The notes: a model not told the origin generated them from the sequence alone. A stretch of 64,000 nt of DNA from Octopus vulgaris (GCA_951406725.2 OX597827.1:63364001-63428000); one strand, 5' to 3'. Positions 1 through 11,953 are shown, counted from the first letter of the stretch. Numbers and translations are program-made.

Positions 1-138
1 TCTTTTTGCTTAAAGCCTGCTACCTGTTCTGTTGTGTTGGTTACCTATGGTCACACCGTTATGTTACGTGGTCGCTAACAAACCAACGCCGTGTGTCAAG
101 CGGTTAATAGAGGCAAATGCCAACATATGCTTATATTC

Positions 139-433
<295 letters not shown>

Positions 434-469
434 GCGGAGGAGATAGGTGTAAACGAGTATCACCACCTG

Positions 470-611
470 GTTAGTACTCGTTCCATGCTGAGTAAACTCG
501 AGCCACGTGAAATGAAGTGCCTTGCTCAAGGACACAACCCTGATACCCGTGTGTGGAATTGAATCCACGACGTTAGGGGCTCGAGCCGAACACCTTAACC
601 ACAAGGCCAAG
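470..611 (-). mobile_element. tRNA-headed CORE-type SINE fragment
   Basis: Reverse complement reads TGGCCTTGTGGTTAAGG (A box) ... GATTCAATTCC (B box) ... GTGTCCTTGAGCAAGGCACTT (CORE-like). Confidence 0.75.
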
Positions 612-1690
612 TGGTTCTGAATAAATATGACATAGTGAAAGACAAAGCTCGCTTTTTGAATTACAAGTGTACTCAATCTTCCAGAGTATTTACTATATCT
701 TTAAGTTTCGATATAGACTACACTGTGAAGGTGTTTTAACACTACAAAAGCTAAATCAGTGACAAACACGGAACAAACTTATATCTCTTCTCAACGACTG
801 CCTTCACAAATGCGACTGCACTCACCACACTGTACTCTGCACTGTCAATACGCATGCGCCTTTATAAGGTTTAGGACAGTTCACTTGCTAACCTACATGG
901 ATGTCAGGATTTCACCACATTAGTAAAGTGGCTGAGTATTGCTTTGACACTCGTTCCCTGAAGATAATTTTCATTTATATAGAATAAAACACGGACGGTA
1001 CTTTGATTGTAAGTACAGTCCGTCCTTGAGTATAATACGCAGGGGTTTTTAGGGGGCTGTACCTCTGAAAAACCTAAACCTTGTGTATAATGTGCACCCC
1101 TTCTCTAACTTGAGTCAAGGAGGTCATATAACGTCCCTGGTTTGTAAAAATGAATACGGTAACGTCCTTTATTATTATTGTATATATAACATAATGCAAA
1201 TGTGTAGCTTTTTGTGCATTTTGTTTGCAGAAAATAAAGAAATAACAGTAATAACAGTAATAACGTTTAATAAATGTTGCTTGCTGCAAGTTATGGATGA
1301 TTCTTTTATGACTTCCCTGCTTTCAGGCTCAGCTTAAGGTATTTTCGCGCCCGACATCACAAAATGTGTCTGAATAAACATTGCCGGACAGCAAATAGAG
1401 ACTCGGACATTGCTTAGAAAATATTTAAAATTTTTAACCTCGTATATAGTACGCACTATATATATGGAAAAAATGCGGATTATACTCGGGGATTTACGGT
1501 ATACACATAAATGCGTGCATATAATCATACATTCATACATACATACGAATGGAAAAAACTAATTAGAAGATTTCAGACAGAAGATATGAATGGAAGTGTC
1601 AAAATATGTGCGGCTTTTCAAAAATTTAGCATATACGTACTCATGCACATGTGTAGACGTTCAATTATATGTAAGAGTAAGCGTACATAA

Positions 1691-2003
1691 CAGGCACTTC
1701 GTCGGTTACGACGACGAGGATTCCAGTTGATCCGATCAGCGGAACAGCATGCTCGTGAAATTAACGTGCAAGTGGCTGAGTACTCCACAGACACGCGTTC
1801 TCTTAACGTAGTTCTCAATGAGATTCAGCGTGACACAGAATGTGACAAGGCTGGCCATACAGGTACTGCTCATTTTTTCAAGATTTGAACAACATGAAAA
1901 ACAAATGCAGTGTTGAAGGTCACAAGGCGCCGCTGAGAATCGAACTCCCAACAGAACGATATTGAGCCGAATACCCTAACCACTAAGCCACGCGCTTTCA
2001 CGC
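1691..2003 (-). mobile_element. tRNA-headed SINE with Nin/Deu-like 3' body
   Basis: Shares GTGTCTGTGGAGTACTCAGCCACTTGCACGTTAATTTCACGAGCA...GTCGTAACCGAC with copies at 33852-34228 and 57750-58045. Confidence 0.75.
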
Positions 2004-2149
2004 AACTGTTTCCAGATACATGCACACGTATACACAACCAAGAAAAGCTACCTTGTTAATGTTCTTTAAAATTTCACTGCAGGAGATTTGGATCTAGGTT
2101 AGAAACCGACTCTTCCGCCATTGGCAAGAAATCTAGAAAAATCACTTAC

Positions 2150-2375
2150 TAACCGATAATGGTTTCCAATTTTGACAAAATACTAGTAGTTTCGAGAGAG
2201 GGGACAGGTCCATAACATCGACTCCAATGTTTAACTGGTATTTATTTTATCGACCCTGAAAGGATGGAAGTCAAGGACGACGTCCGCAGAGTTTGAACTC
2301 AGAATGTAAAGACAGACGGGAAGACATCATGCATTTACTCCGGCGTGCTAGCGATTATTCCGGCTCGTTGCCTTA
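2150..2375 (-). mobile_element. Degenerate Meta-domain-like SINE
   Basis: Reverse complement contains TTCCATCCTTTCAGGGTCGATAAAATAAATACCAG, matching the family at 13884. Confidence 0.7.
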
Positions 2376-2649
2376 ATATAACTTAATAACACACACACAC
2401 TAACACACACACACACAGACATAAATACACGCACACACATACACACGCTCGCGCGCACACGCATACACACGCATACACACACATACACGCACACATACAC
2501 ACACACACGCACACGCGTACACATACACACACATACACACACACATACACACATACGCACACGCACTCGCACATGTACACATACACACACACGCACACGC
2601 ATACACATACACACACATACACACACACGCATACACACACACACATACG

Positions 2650-2680
<31 letters not shown>

Positions 2681-2701
2681 AATGTTTTTAGTGTTTACGT
2701 A

Positions 2702-2736
<35 letters not shown>

Positions 2737-2740
<4 letters not shown>

Positions 2741-2925
2741 AGAATTCACAAGAAAAAACAAAAGACGAGAAAGGTGGTGTAGACAACAAACAGATGTATT
2801 AGTTTAACGCTCGGGAAGTGAAAAAGTCTTTAACGTTTCGAGCCTACGATCCTCCACAGAAAGGAACACAGAAAGAAACAAGGAGAGAAAATAAAGACTG
2901 TGTAATGGCTAGCGATCTATTATAG
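2737..2925 (-). mobile_element. Short Penelope-pLTR-like repeat with a minimal hammerhead-like motif
   Basis: Close copy at 27228-27410 (-) and related copy at 11320-11530 (+). Contains CTGTGGAGGATCGTAGGCTCGAAACGTT. Sits beside (TA)n. Confidence 0.55.
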
Positions 2926-3221
2926 CGATCTGTGAGTGCTGTGTATGTTTGTGTATGTGCTTATTATATCAAAACTTAGCGGTCTTCTGTGAGTTTCACC
3001 GCGGGCATTTGTGTTGACGTAAATTTTTATATTAGATAATCTTTCCACTATGTAAAATATATTTTCAATATACGTTACATTTTCTCTCTGACTGAACACA
3101 AACACACGCACACGCACGCACACAGACACACACACACACACACTCACACACACCTGCATACTCACATAGACTCATACCACGTACACGCACACACTCACAC
3201 ATATGTCTAACCACCTATGCT

Positions 3222-3261
<40 letters not shown>

Positions 3262-3386
3262 TGTAATTGTGTGTATGTGTGAAATTATTGCACGTGTGTG
3301 TGTGTATTTATGTATATATAAACTTATTTGTAGATGGATGTAGCGATAATACATATATATAAATATAGGTATATAGATAGATAGAT

Positions 3387-3463
<77 letters not shown>

Positions 3464-4014
3464 TGCATATAAGGTTACATGACAGGACGTCACCATCTGT
3501 GTATACAACATGAAGTACGAAAACGAGCGAGTTAAATAAGCAAGCAACGAGAGAAAAAAATAATTGTAAACAGGACAAGTAACGCAAAGAACGACCCTTC
3601 ATCAGTTGTCGGCTGTCTATCTACTCCTCATTTCGAGCATTTAAATGACAATATGAGTCTTCCAAAACAGTTGCTCTCATAAATATCAAAATAAAATTTT
3701 GGATTTATGGAGGATCAGAGTTGGGAGCAAAAACAGGACAGTGGCGACTTACAAGGAAATCGAACGAAAACAAACATGGAGGGTTGTTAAACCAGAACGA
3801 GGGGTAAAATAGTGAACGCTTGAAGAAATATTTTCTTTGGAAAGAGAAAAGATAGAAGAGAGAGATAGAAGACATCCAGTCCTTAGAACTTCGAGTAGGA
3901 AAAGGAAAATGGTCACGAGAGGAAAAGAAAAATGGACGATGGTCATGTGTGAGAAAAAAATCCATTTTTATAAAAATAACATAAACATAAAGCTAAATTA
4001 TCAGTTTAATAATT

Positions 4015-4689
4015 TCATTCAATAAAACGACCATAAGCATCACTGACTGCGCCTATTCGTGGTCGAAATTGTTTAGAAGCTCGAATTAAGTGGATCTTGT
4101 TCGTATTGGACATGACTCGAAATATGGTGACTTTCAAAGAATCTTTGGTGCTATGGGGGTGTTCATTAACATTTTTCTCAACGATGCTCTATACATAGTA
4201 GTCCAGTAGATTGAGATCTGGAGAATTAGGAGGCCAAATGTTGGGGGTGATGTGATCATGCAAATTGTCGGCCATCCATTCTTGTATCATTTGAGCCTTG
4301 TGTGATGGTGCAGAATTTTGTTGAAACACATAAGGCCTTCCACTGCATACACTGTTACTCCAAGGCTTAACAACTTTATTCAGAACCTCAATATACGCAG
4401 CAGCATCCACCCTAATGCCGTGTGGGTGGCGTCACATGTCAATCATTGCTAACAACAGCAAAAACCATGATACTTGCAGGAAATTTTGTGTACATTACTC
4501 TTGGAACCCTAGAAGGATCTGCACATATCCATCTGTCATTTCTTCTGTTGGTTTTCTGGTTCTTTACAAAGTTTTTCTCATCCAAGAAAAACAAAATCAC
4601 GCTATCTTCTGATGGATTTTTAAATTTGTTCAAATGTCTTTTGGATCTGATTAAACGGTTTTCTTTTGTTTTTTTTTTTCTGACATGAA
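4015..4689 (-). pseudogene. Tc1/mariner DD37D (maT-type) transposase remnant, C-terminal part
   Basis: Translates FFLDEKNF...NRRNDRW...IMVFAVV...FQQNSAPSH...WPPNSPDLNLLDY...FRPRIGAV. 37 residues lie between the second catalytic position (D mutated to N) and the third D. Has frameshifts and stops; the 5' part is cut off by the satellite block at 4690. Confidence 0.85.
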
Positions 4690-5656
4690 TTGACCTCTCC
4701 TCATCATATGGAGCATATTCGTTATATGGATTTCCGAAAATTTTCATTGGAATTTACCCAAAAATTTTCGAAAATTTTCACCACAAATTTTACCCAAACA
4801 TTTTACGAAAATTTTCACGGAAAATTTTCCCCAAAGTATGGAAAGCCAGAGGTGACAAAATCATATAGTATGGAAAGCCAGCGGTGCCAAAATCACAAAG
4901 TATGGAAACCTAGCAGTGCTGAAATCACAAAGCATGGAAAGCTAGCGGTGCCAAAATCACAATGTTTGGAAGACCAGAGATGCCTAAATCATAAAGTATG
5001 AAAGGCCAATGGTGCCAAATCACCAAAAGTCTTTCCAAAATTTTCACCAAAAATCTTTCCAAAATTTTCACCAAAGATTTTTCGAAAATTTTCACAGAAA
5101 ATTTAACCCAAAAATTTTATGAAAATTTTCCGAAAATTTTCACTAAAAATTGTCCAAAAATTTTTCGAGAATTTTCACCGAAAATTTTGTCCAAATATTT
5201 TTCGAAAATTTTCACCGAAAACTTTGCCCAAAAATTTTTCGAATATTTTCACTGAAAATTTTAACCAAAAATTTTTCGAAAATTGTCCCAAAAATTTTTC
5301 GAAAATTTTCACCAAAAATCTTTCCAAAATTTTCACCAAAAATCTTTCCAAAACTTTCACCAAAAATTTTTCGAAAATTTTCACAGAAAATTTAACCCAA
5401 AAATTTTATGAAAATTTTCCGAAAATTTTCACTAAATATTTTCTCCAAAAATTTTTCGAGAATTTTCACCGAAAATTTTGTCCAAATATTTTTCGAAAAT
5501 TTTCACCGAAAACTTTGCCCAAAAATTTTTCGAAAATCTTCACTGAAAATTTTACCCAAAAATTTTTCGAAAATTTTCCCCGAGCTAAAAATAGATGTTA
5601 TGGCTAAAAATAGAATTTTAGGTGGCTGCTTCTGCTGCTTTCTTTGTATAGAGTGA

Positions 5657-5683
5657 ATTCTGGTTGAATATTACAGTCAAGAT
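5657..5683 (+). other. Putative rolling-circle origin: NANTATTAC nonamer (GAATATTAC, 5666-5674) in a degenerate stem-loop
   Basis: ATTCTGGTT-GAATATTAC-AGTCAAGAT; the arms pair with three G-T wobbles and one mismatch. The nonamer ends 7 nt before the ATG of the Rep-like stub. Confidence 0.4.
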
Positions 5684-5789
5684 GCCTCACGATCAACGAT
5701 ACACCAGATTCTACTTTACACTTAACAACTACGACCATATCGACGTTTATAGACATCAGCATATGGAGCATATTCGTTATATGGGTTTC
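5682..5789 (+). pseudogene. N-terminal fragment of a CRESS-DNA-virus-like HUH replication initiator (Rep)
   Basis: Translates MPHDQRYTRFYFTLNNYDHIDVYRHQHMEHIRYMGF. This has RCR motif I (FTLNN) near the start and a downstream RY-hydrophobic strand, as in circo/nanovirus Reps. It is truncated by satellite before motif II. Confidence 0.5.
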
Positions 5790-6976
5790 CGAAAATTTTC
5801 ATTGGAACTTTTACCCAAAAATTTTCTAAAATTTTCGCCACAAATTTTACCCAAAAATTTTACGAAAATTTTCACCGAAAATTTTACCCAAAAATTTTTC
5901 GAAAATTTTCAACAAATTTTCGGAAAATTTTCCCCAAAGTATGGAAAACCAGAGGTGACAAAATCATATAGTATGGAAAGCCAGCGGTGCCAAAATCACA
6001 AAGTATGGAAACCTGCCAAAATCACAAATATGGAAGACCAGAGATGCCAAAGTCATAAAGTATGGAAGGCCAATGGTGCCAAAATCACCAAAAGTCTTTC
6101 CAAAATTTTCACCAAAAATCTTTCCAAAATACTCACCAAAGATTTTTCGAAAATTTTCACAGAAAATTTAACCCAAAAATTTTATGAAAATTTTCCGAAA
6201 ATTTTCACTAAAAATTTTGTCCAAAAATTTTTCGAGAATTTTCACCGAAAATTTGTCCAAATACTTTATGAAAATTTTCACCGAAAACTTTGCCCAAAAA
6301 TTTTTCGAAAATTTTCACTGAAAATTTTACCCAAAAATATTTCGAAAATTTTCTCAAAAATTTTTCGAAAATTTTCACCAAAAATCTTTCCAAAATTTTC
6401 ACTAAAAATCTTTCCAAAACTTTCACCAAAAATTTTTCTAAAATTTTCACAGAAAATTTAACCCAAAAGTTTTATGAAAATTTTTCGAAAATTTTCACTA
6501 TAAATTTTGTCCAAAAATTTTTCGAGAATTTTTACCGAAAATTTTATATAAAAATTTTTCGAAAATTTTCACTGAAAATTTTCCCCAAAAATTTATCAAA
6601 AATTTTCACCAAAATTTTTCGAAAACTTTTGCCGAAAATTTTCCCCAAATTTTCCACTAAATTTTCCACTAAAATTTGCCTCCAAATTTTCCATGAAAAT
6701 TTTCACCGATAAATTTACCCAAAAATTTTTCGAAAATTTACGCATTCAAAGCAGTTTGCTAACGGCCCTTCACTAACAACATACCCTGATAGGCTTTGTG
6801 ACTACTATTAAATTAAGGCCACGACAGAGTGATAGAATGTTCTTGAAGCCAAGGATTTTAAATTTACATATCACCTGCGATATGACACAACTAGAGCTCA
6901 TAATGCAGGGAAATAGGTTCTGCACATCTGGAGATCTACGCAGCGTGCAAACAATTGTAGTGATTAAAAAATAAAT

Positions 6977-9660
6977 GTCCTCTCTGATCTCTTTCGAGAC
7001 ACCTCTTTGATCTCTTTCGGCACCCTCTTTTATCTCTTTCGGCACCCTCTTTGATCTCTTACGGGACTCCTCTTTGATCTCTAGCGGGACCATCTTTGAT
7101 CTCTTTCGGTACCCTCTTTGATCTCTTTCGGCACCCTCTATTATCTCTTCCGGCACCATCTTTGATCTCTTTCGTTACTCTCTTTGATCTCTTTCAAGAC
7201 TCCTCTTTGATCTCTTTCGGCACCCTCTTTGATCTTTTTCGGGTTTCCTCTTTGATCTCTTTCGGCACCCTCTTTGATCTTTTTCGGCACCCTCTTTGAT
7301 CTCTTTCGGCACCCTCTTTGATCTCTTTCGGGACTCGTCTTTGATATCTGTCGGCGCCCTCTTTGCTCTTTGTCGGCACACACTTTGATCTCTGTCGGCA
7401 CAATCTTTGATCTATGTCGGCACACTCTTTGATCCCTGTCGGCGCCCTCTGATCTCTGTCGGCACCCTCTTTGATCTCTTTCGGCACCCTCTTTGATCTC
7501 ATCGGCACCATCTTTGATCTATGTCGACACCCTCTTTGATCCCTGTCGGCACCCTCATACATCTCTTTCGGCACCCTCTTTGATATCTTTCGGCACTCTC
7601 TTTGATATCTTTCGGGACTCTTTGATCGATGTCGGCACCATCTTTGATCGCTGTCGGCACCCTCTTTGATCTCTGTCGACGCCCTCTTTGATCTCTGTCG
7701 GCGCCCTCTTTGATCTATGTCGACGCCCTCATTGATCCCTGTCGGCACCCTCTTTGATCTCTTTCGGCACCCTCTTTGATATCTTTCGGCACTCTCTTTG
7801 ATCTCTTTCGGGACTCTTTGATCTCTTTCGGGACTATCTTTGATCTTTTTCGAGACTCCTCTTTGATCTCTTTCAGGACTCCTCTTTGATCTTTGTCGAC
7901 GCCCTCTTTGATCTATGTCGGCACCCTCTTTGATATCTTTCGGCACCATCTTTGATCTCTGTCGGCGCCCTCTTTGATCTCTTTCGGCACCATCTTTGAT
8001 CTCTATCGGCACTTTCATTGATCTCTGTCGACACCCCCTCTTTGATCTCTGTCGCCACCGTCTTTGATCTCTGTCGGCGCTTTCTTTGATCTATGTCGGC
8101 GCCCTCTTTGATCTCTTTCAGGACTCCTCAGTGATCTCTTTCGGGACTCTCTTTGATCTCTGTCGGCACCCTCTTTGATCTCTTTCGGGGATCCTTTTTG
8201 ATCTTTTTCGGCAACCTCTTTTGTCTCTTTCGGCACCATCTTTGATCTCTGTCGGTACCCTCTTTGATATCTTTCGGCACCATCTTTGATCTCTGTCGGT
8301 GCCCTCTTTGATCCCTTTCGGCACCATCTTTGATCTCTGTCGGCAATTTCTTTGATCTCTGTCGGCGCCCTCTTTGATCTCTGGCGGTGCCCTCTTTGAT
8401 CCCTTTCGGCACCATCTTTGATCTCTGTCGGCAATTTCTTTGATCTCTGTCGGCGCCCTCTTTGATCTATGTCGGCACCCTCTTTTGTCTCTTTCGGCAC
8501 CATCTTTGATCTCTGTCGGCACCCTCTTTGATCACTGACAGCACCCTCTTTGATCACTGACAGCACCCTCTTTGATCTATGTCTGCACCCTCTTTGATCT
8601 CTGTCGGTGCCCTCTTTGATCTCTGTCGGCACTCTCTTTGATCTCTTTCGGGACTCCTCTTTGATCTCTTTCGGGACTCCTCTTTGATCTCTGTCGGCAC
8701 CCTCTTTGATCTATGTCAGCACCCTCTTTGATCTCTGTCGGCACCCTCTTTGATCACTGTCAGCACCCTCTTTGATCTATGTCGGCACCCTCTTTGATCT
8801 CTGTCGACATCCTCTTTGCTCTCTTTCGGCACCTTATTTGATCACTATCGGCACCGTCTTTGATCTCTTTCGGCACCCTCTTTGATCTCTGTCGGCACTT
8901 TCTTTGATCTCTGTCGACACACCCTCTTTGATCTCTGTCGGCACAATCTTTGATCTCTGTCGGTGCCCTCTTTGATCTATGTCGGCGCCCTCTTGGATCT
9001 CTTTCGGCACCATCTTTTATCTCTGTCGGCACCTTCTTTGATCTCTGTTGGCATCCTCTTTGATCTCTTTCGGCACCCTCTTTGATCTCTTTCGGCACCC
9101 TCTTTGATCTCTGTCGGCACTTTCTTTGATCTCTGTCGACACCCCCTCTTTGATCTCTGTCGGCACACTCTTTGATTTCTGTCGGTGCCCTCTTTCATCT
9201 ATGTCGGTGCCCTCTTTGATCCCTGTCGGCACCCTATTTGATCTCTTTCGACACCCTCTTTGATATCTTTCGAGACTCCTCTTTGATCTCTTTCGGCACC
9301 CTCTTTGATCTCTTTCGGGGCTCCTTTTTTATCTTTTTCGGCACCCTCTTTGGTCTATTTCCGGACTTCTCATTGATCTCTTTCGGGACTCCTCTTTAAT
9401 CTCTTTCAGCACCCTCTTTGGTCTCTTTCGGGACTCCTCTTTGATCTCTGTCGGCACCCTCTTTGATCTCTTTCGGGGCTCCTTTTTGATCTCTTTCGGG
9501 ACCCTCTTTGATCTCTTTTCGGACTCCTCATTGATCTCTTTCGGGACTCCTCTTTGATCTCTTTCGGGACTTCTCTTAGATCTCTTTCGGGACCCTTTTT
9601 GATCTCTTTCGGCACCCTCTTTGATCTCTTTCGGGACTCCTTTTTGATCTCTTTCGGCAC
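6977..9660. repeat. 22-bp satellite (GATCTCTTTCGGCACCCTCTTT)n, ~120 copies
   Basis: Visible directly. The variants GGCACC/GGGACT/GGCGCC and CTTT/CTGT cluster in sub-blocks. Confidence 0.97.
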
Positions 9661-9854
9661 AACCGTACCTTTGTTGTTGACTCCAATTTTTTCAGTTATC
9701 TATTCACACACGGCAGATGCCCAAACGCAAACTTGGAAATACATATAATACTCCTACTGGAAAGCCCAGTTTAAATGTTTCAGTGGACGAGCGAGCTTTA
9801 TACTGTATTCTACTATGTTCTTAACAGAATATACTATAATTATATATATACATA

Positions 9855-9985
9855 TATAAGACGGGCTTCTTATGATTTACGTCAACCAGATATACTCACA
9901 AGTCTTTGGTTGGCCCGAGTCTATAGCAGAAGACACTTGCGCAAGGTGTCACGCAATAGTACTGAACCCAGAACCATGTGGTTGG
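9855..9985 (-). mobile_element. Partial CORE-type SINE (5' half)
   Basis: Contains ACGGGCTTCTT...GAAGACACTTGCGCAAGGTGTCACGCAATAGTACTGAACCCAGAACCATGTGG. Confidence 0.8.
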
Positions 9986-10197
9986 GAATACATATATATT
10001 TATATATATCTGTATATATAAATATATACAGATATATATACAGATACGGCAAGATGTGTGTGTGTGTGTGTACGTGATTGTAGTTTATGCTCATCCACAA
10101 ATTAGCACGCATGTCGTTCAAATTTAGGAGGACATTCGTCAACATCCTATCTGGGTTTTGTCAACTTATTTTTTTCCCGAGGCACCCGCCGATAGCG

Positions 10198-10515
10198 GTA
10201 AAAATCTATTTTCATCCATAACTTTTTGCGGTAAAAATCTATTTTCAGCCATAGCTTTTTGACGGCGTCTAACAAAAAAAAACAAGATAAAGAAAAGTGG
10301 AAGAAGAGAGGCAGATAGTTTCACGGGAAAGACAAAGTGACAGAGGAAGAGAGAGTAAGTGACGACGTTCCTAAAAATCTATTTTCAGCCATAGCTTTCT
10401 GACGGCGTCTAACAAAAATAAAAACAAGATAAAGAAAGTGGAAGAGAAGCAGAGAGTTTCACGGGAAAGACAAAGTGAGAGAGGGAGAGAGAGAAAGTGA
10501 CGACGTTCATAAAAT
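10198..10515. repeat. ~140-bp tandem duplication in an unclassified repeat
   Basis: TAAAAATCTATTTTCAGCCATAGC...GTGACGACGTTC occurs at ~10232 and ~10372. Confidence 0.85.
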
Positions 10516-11136
10516 ATGAAATTTAAAATGTTTTTTCTTCTCTTAAACACGAGATATAGTGTTCAAATTCAGGATGTTTTTGAAAGACACTATATTTTAT
10601 AATCATAGTATTTATACTTTCTCACACAACAATTACAATATATTTATTTTGAATCATTTATTTATTTTAAGTCGTTCATCTTTCTCCCCCTCTCTCTCTC
10701 TCTCTCTCTCTCTCACACATTACTTTGGGCGCGAAGAGTTTTGTTTTTATTTTACGCCGAGTAAAAAAGTGTTTTGTTGACTATCCATTTATTTAACAAC
10801 AAAGAAACAAAGAGGTGAGTAGCAATTTGTCAGTGAATTGCACAATATAAATGGGTACAATTTCCGAGGCTTCCACCACACCCACTCCGTTTCACGGACC
10901 ACAAAAAGGGTTTTGTAGCATATTAGGAGGCCAGAGTAATTGATTCCACGCAAAAAAAAAACCGATTATTTTTCTTAGTGAAAATCGTGCGAGTGTTAAT
11001 CTACAAATTTAACAACATTTTTCCATTCATTTCTGTTTATGAACATGCACAAAACATGCAATAGGTGTACGTACGTACATGTGTGTTCGTGTCTGTTGCC
11101 CATATATATTTATATTATATTATATTATATTATATT

Positions 11137-11169
<33 letters not shown>

Positions 11170-11170
<1 letters not shown>

Positions 11171-11292
11171 ATATAACCAATTTCAACGGATTTTGCCCAA
11201 ATTTGACGTCGATATTACTTAGTTTGGTTTGAAATAAAGAACTTGATTAGCTTAATAATCGTAAATTAATCCCGGGCGGGTTATACTGCTAG
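11170..11292 (+). mobile_element. Degenerate Helitron 3' end
   Basis: CCCGGGCGGGTTATACTGCTAG|T has the same terminus as the element ending at 11953. Confidence 0.55.
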
Positions 11293-11319
11293 TATATATA
11301 TAAACACATACATTTCATC

Positions 11320-11530
11320 ATGTTGAACCGTTAAATCCTACACATTCTTTTCTCTCGGGTTTTTCTTTTCGTTCTTTCTCCATTTATTTTTCCCCTCAAC
11401 CATTTCTGTCGAAGAGCCTAGGCACGAAACGTCAAAGAACTTTTCCATTATTCCCGAGCATTAAACTAATACACCTGCTTGTTGTTCCCTCACCTGTATT
11501 CGTTTTTGTTTTCTGTAAATTTGAACTACA
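11320..11530 (+). mobile_element. Penelope-pLTR-like repeat (family of 2737 and 27228)
   Basis: Contains CTGTCGAAGAGCCTAGGCACGAAACGTCAAAG followed by TTCCCGAGCATTAAACTAATACACCTGCTTGTTG. Confidence 0.55.
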
Positions 11531-11558
11531 TACACACACACACACACACATTTATATA

Positions 11559-11953
11559 TCTTTATATATAAAAGTAAGGTTGTGTGTCTGTCTACTCCGA
11601 TTTAGATTCCTAACTACTCCCACATTTTGCGGTGCAGTTTAACCAAAACCGGGTATCTTATAGTCGTGATTCCTATCGAGCCCTTCTGGGTACTAGCGCG
11701 CGTCTACGATGAGTCTACGATTTTAAAAATAATTTACCATCATTTTTTTCCATTTTAATGCATATTTTTCTAAATATAAGGGAAGTAACTCTCTAAAAAT
11801 GTCTACGATGAGTCAACGATTTTAAAAAAAGCTTACCAACATATTTTTTCCATTTTTAATGCATTTTTTTGCTATTTTTTGGCTATAACTCTCTAAAATT
11901 GCTTTATAGTTATTTCCCTTACAAACCCGAGCAACGCCGGGCGATACTGCTAG
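11559..11953 (+). mobile_element. Non-autonomous Helitron (395 bp)
   Basis: 5' end A|TCTTTATATATAAAAG. 3' hairpin CCCGAGCAACGCCGGG lies about 9 nt before CTAG|T. Inserted at an AT dinucleotide with no TSD. Has an internal ~65-bp duplication (GTCTACGATGAGTC). Confidence 0.85.

Larger units (their letters stand above)
4690..6740 (+). repeat. Composite tandem duplication (period ~1055 bp) made of GAAAATTTTC-based AT-rich minisatellite plus 32-bp repeats
   Basis: CATATGGAGCATATTCGTTATATGG occurs at 4705 and 5760. The 32-bp unit AAAGTATGGAAAGCCAGCGGTGCCAAAATCAC occurs at ~4834-5025 and ~5936-6090. Confidence 0.9.

Noticed and set aside
3570-3620. Minus-strand CTGATGAAGGG as a hammerhead
   Set aside because: No closing GAAA or stem III at a plausible distance.
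5664-6712. 265-aa and 140-aa KIFTENF-rich ORFs as real proteins
   Set aside because: They are translations of the GAAAATTTTC minisatellite; only codons 5682-5789 look protein-like.
6977-9660. 22-bp array as CRISPR, or as a repetitive protein (ERDQRGCRKRSKRVPKEIKEG ORFs)
   Set aside because: Units are contiguous with no unique spacers and no cas genes. The unit length is not a multiple of 3, so the peptides just cycle through frames.
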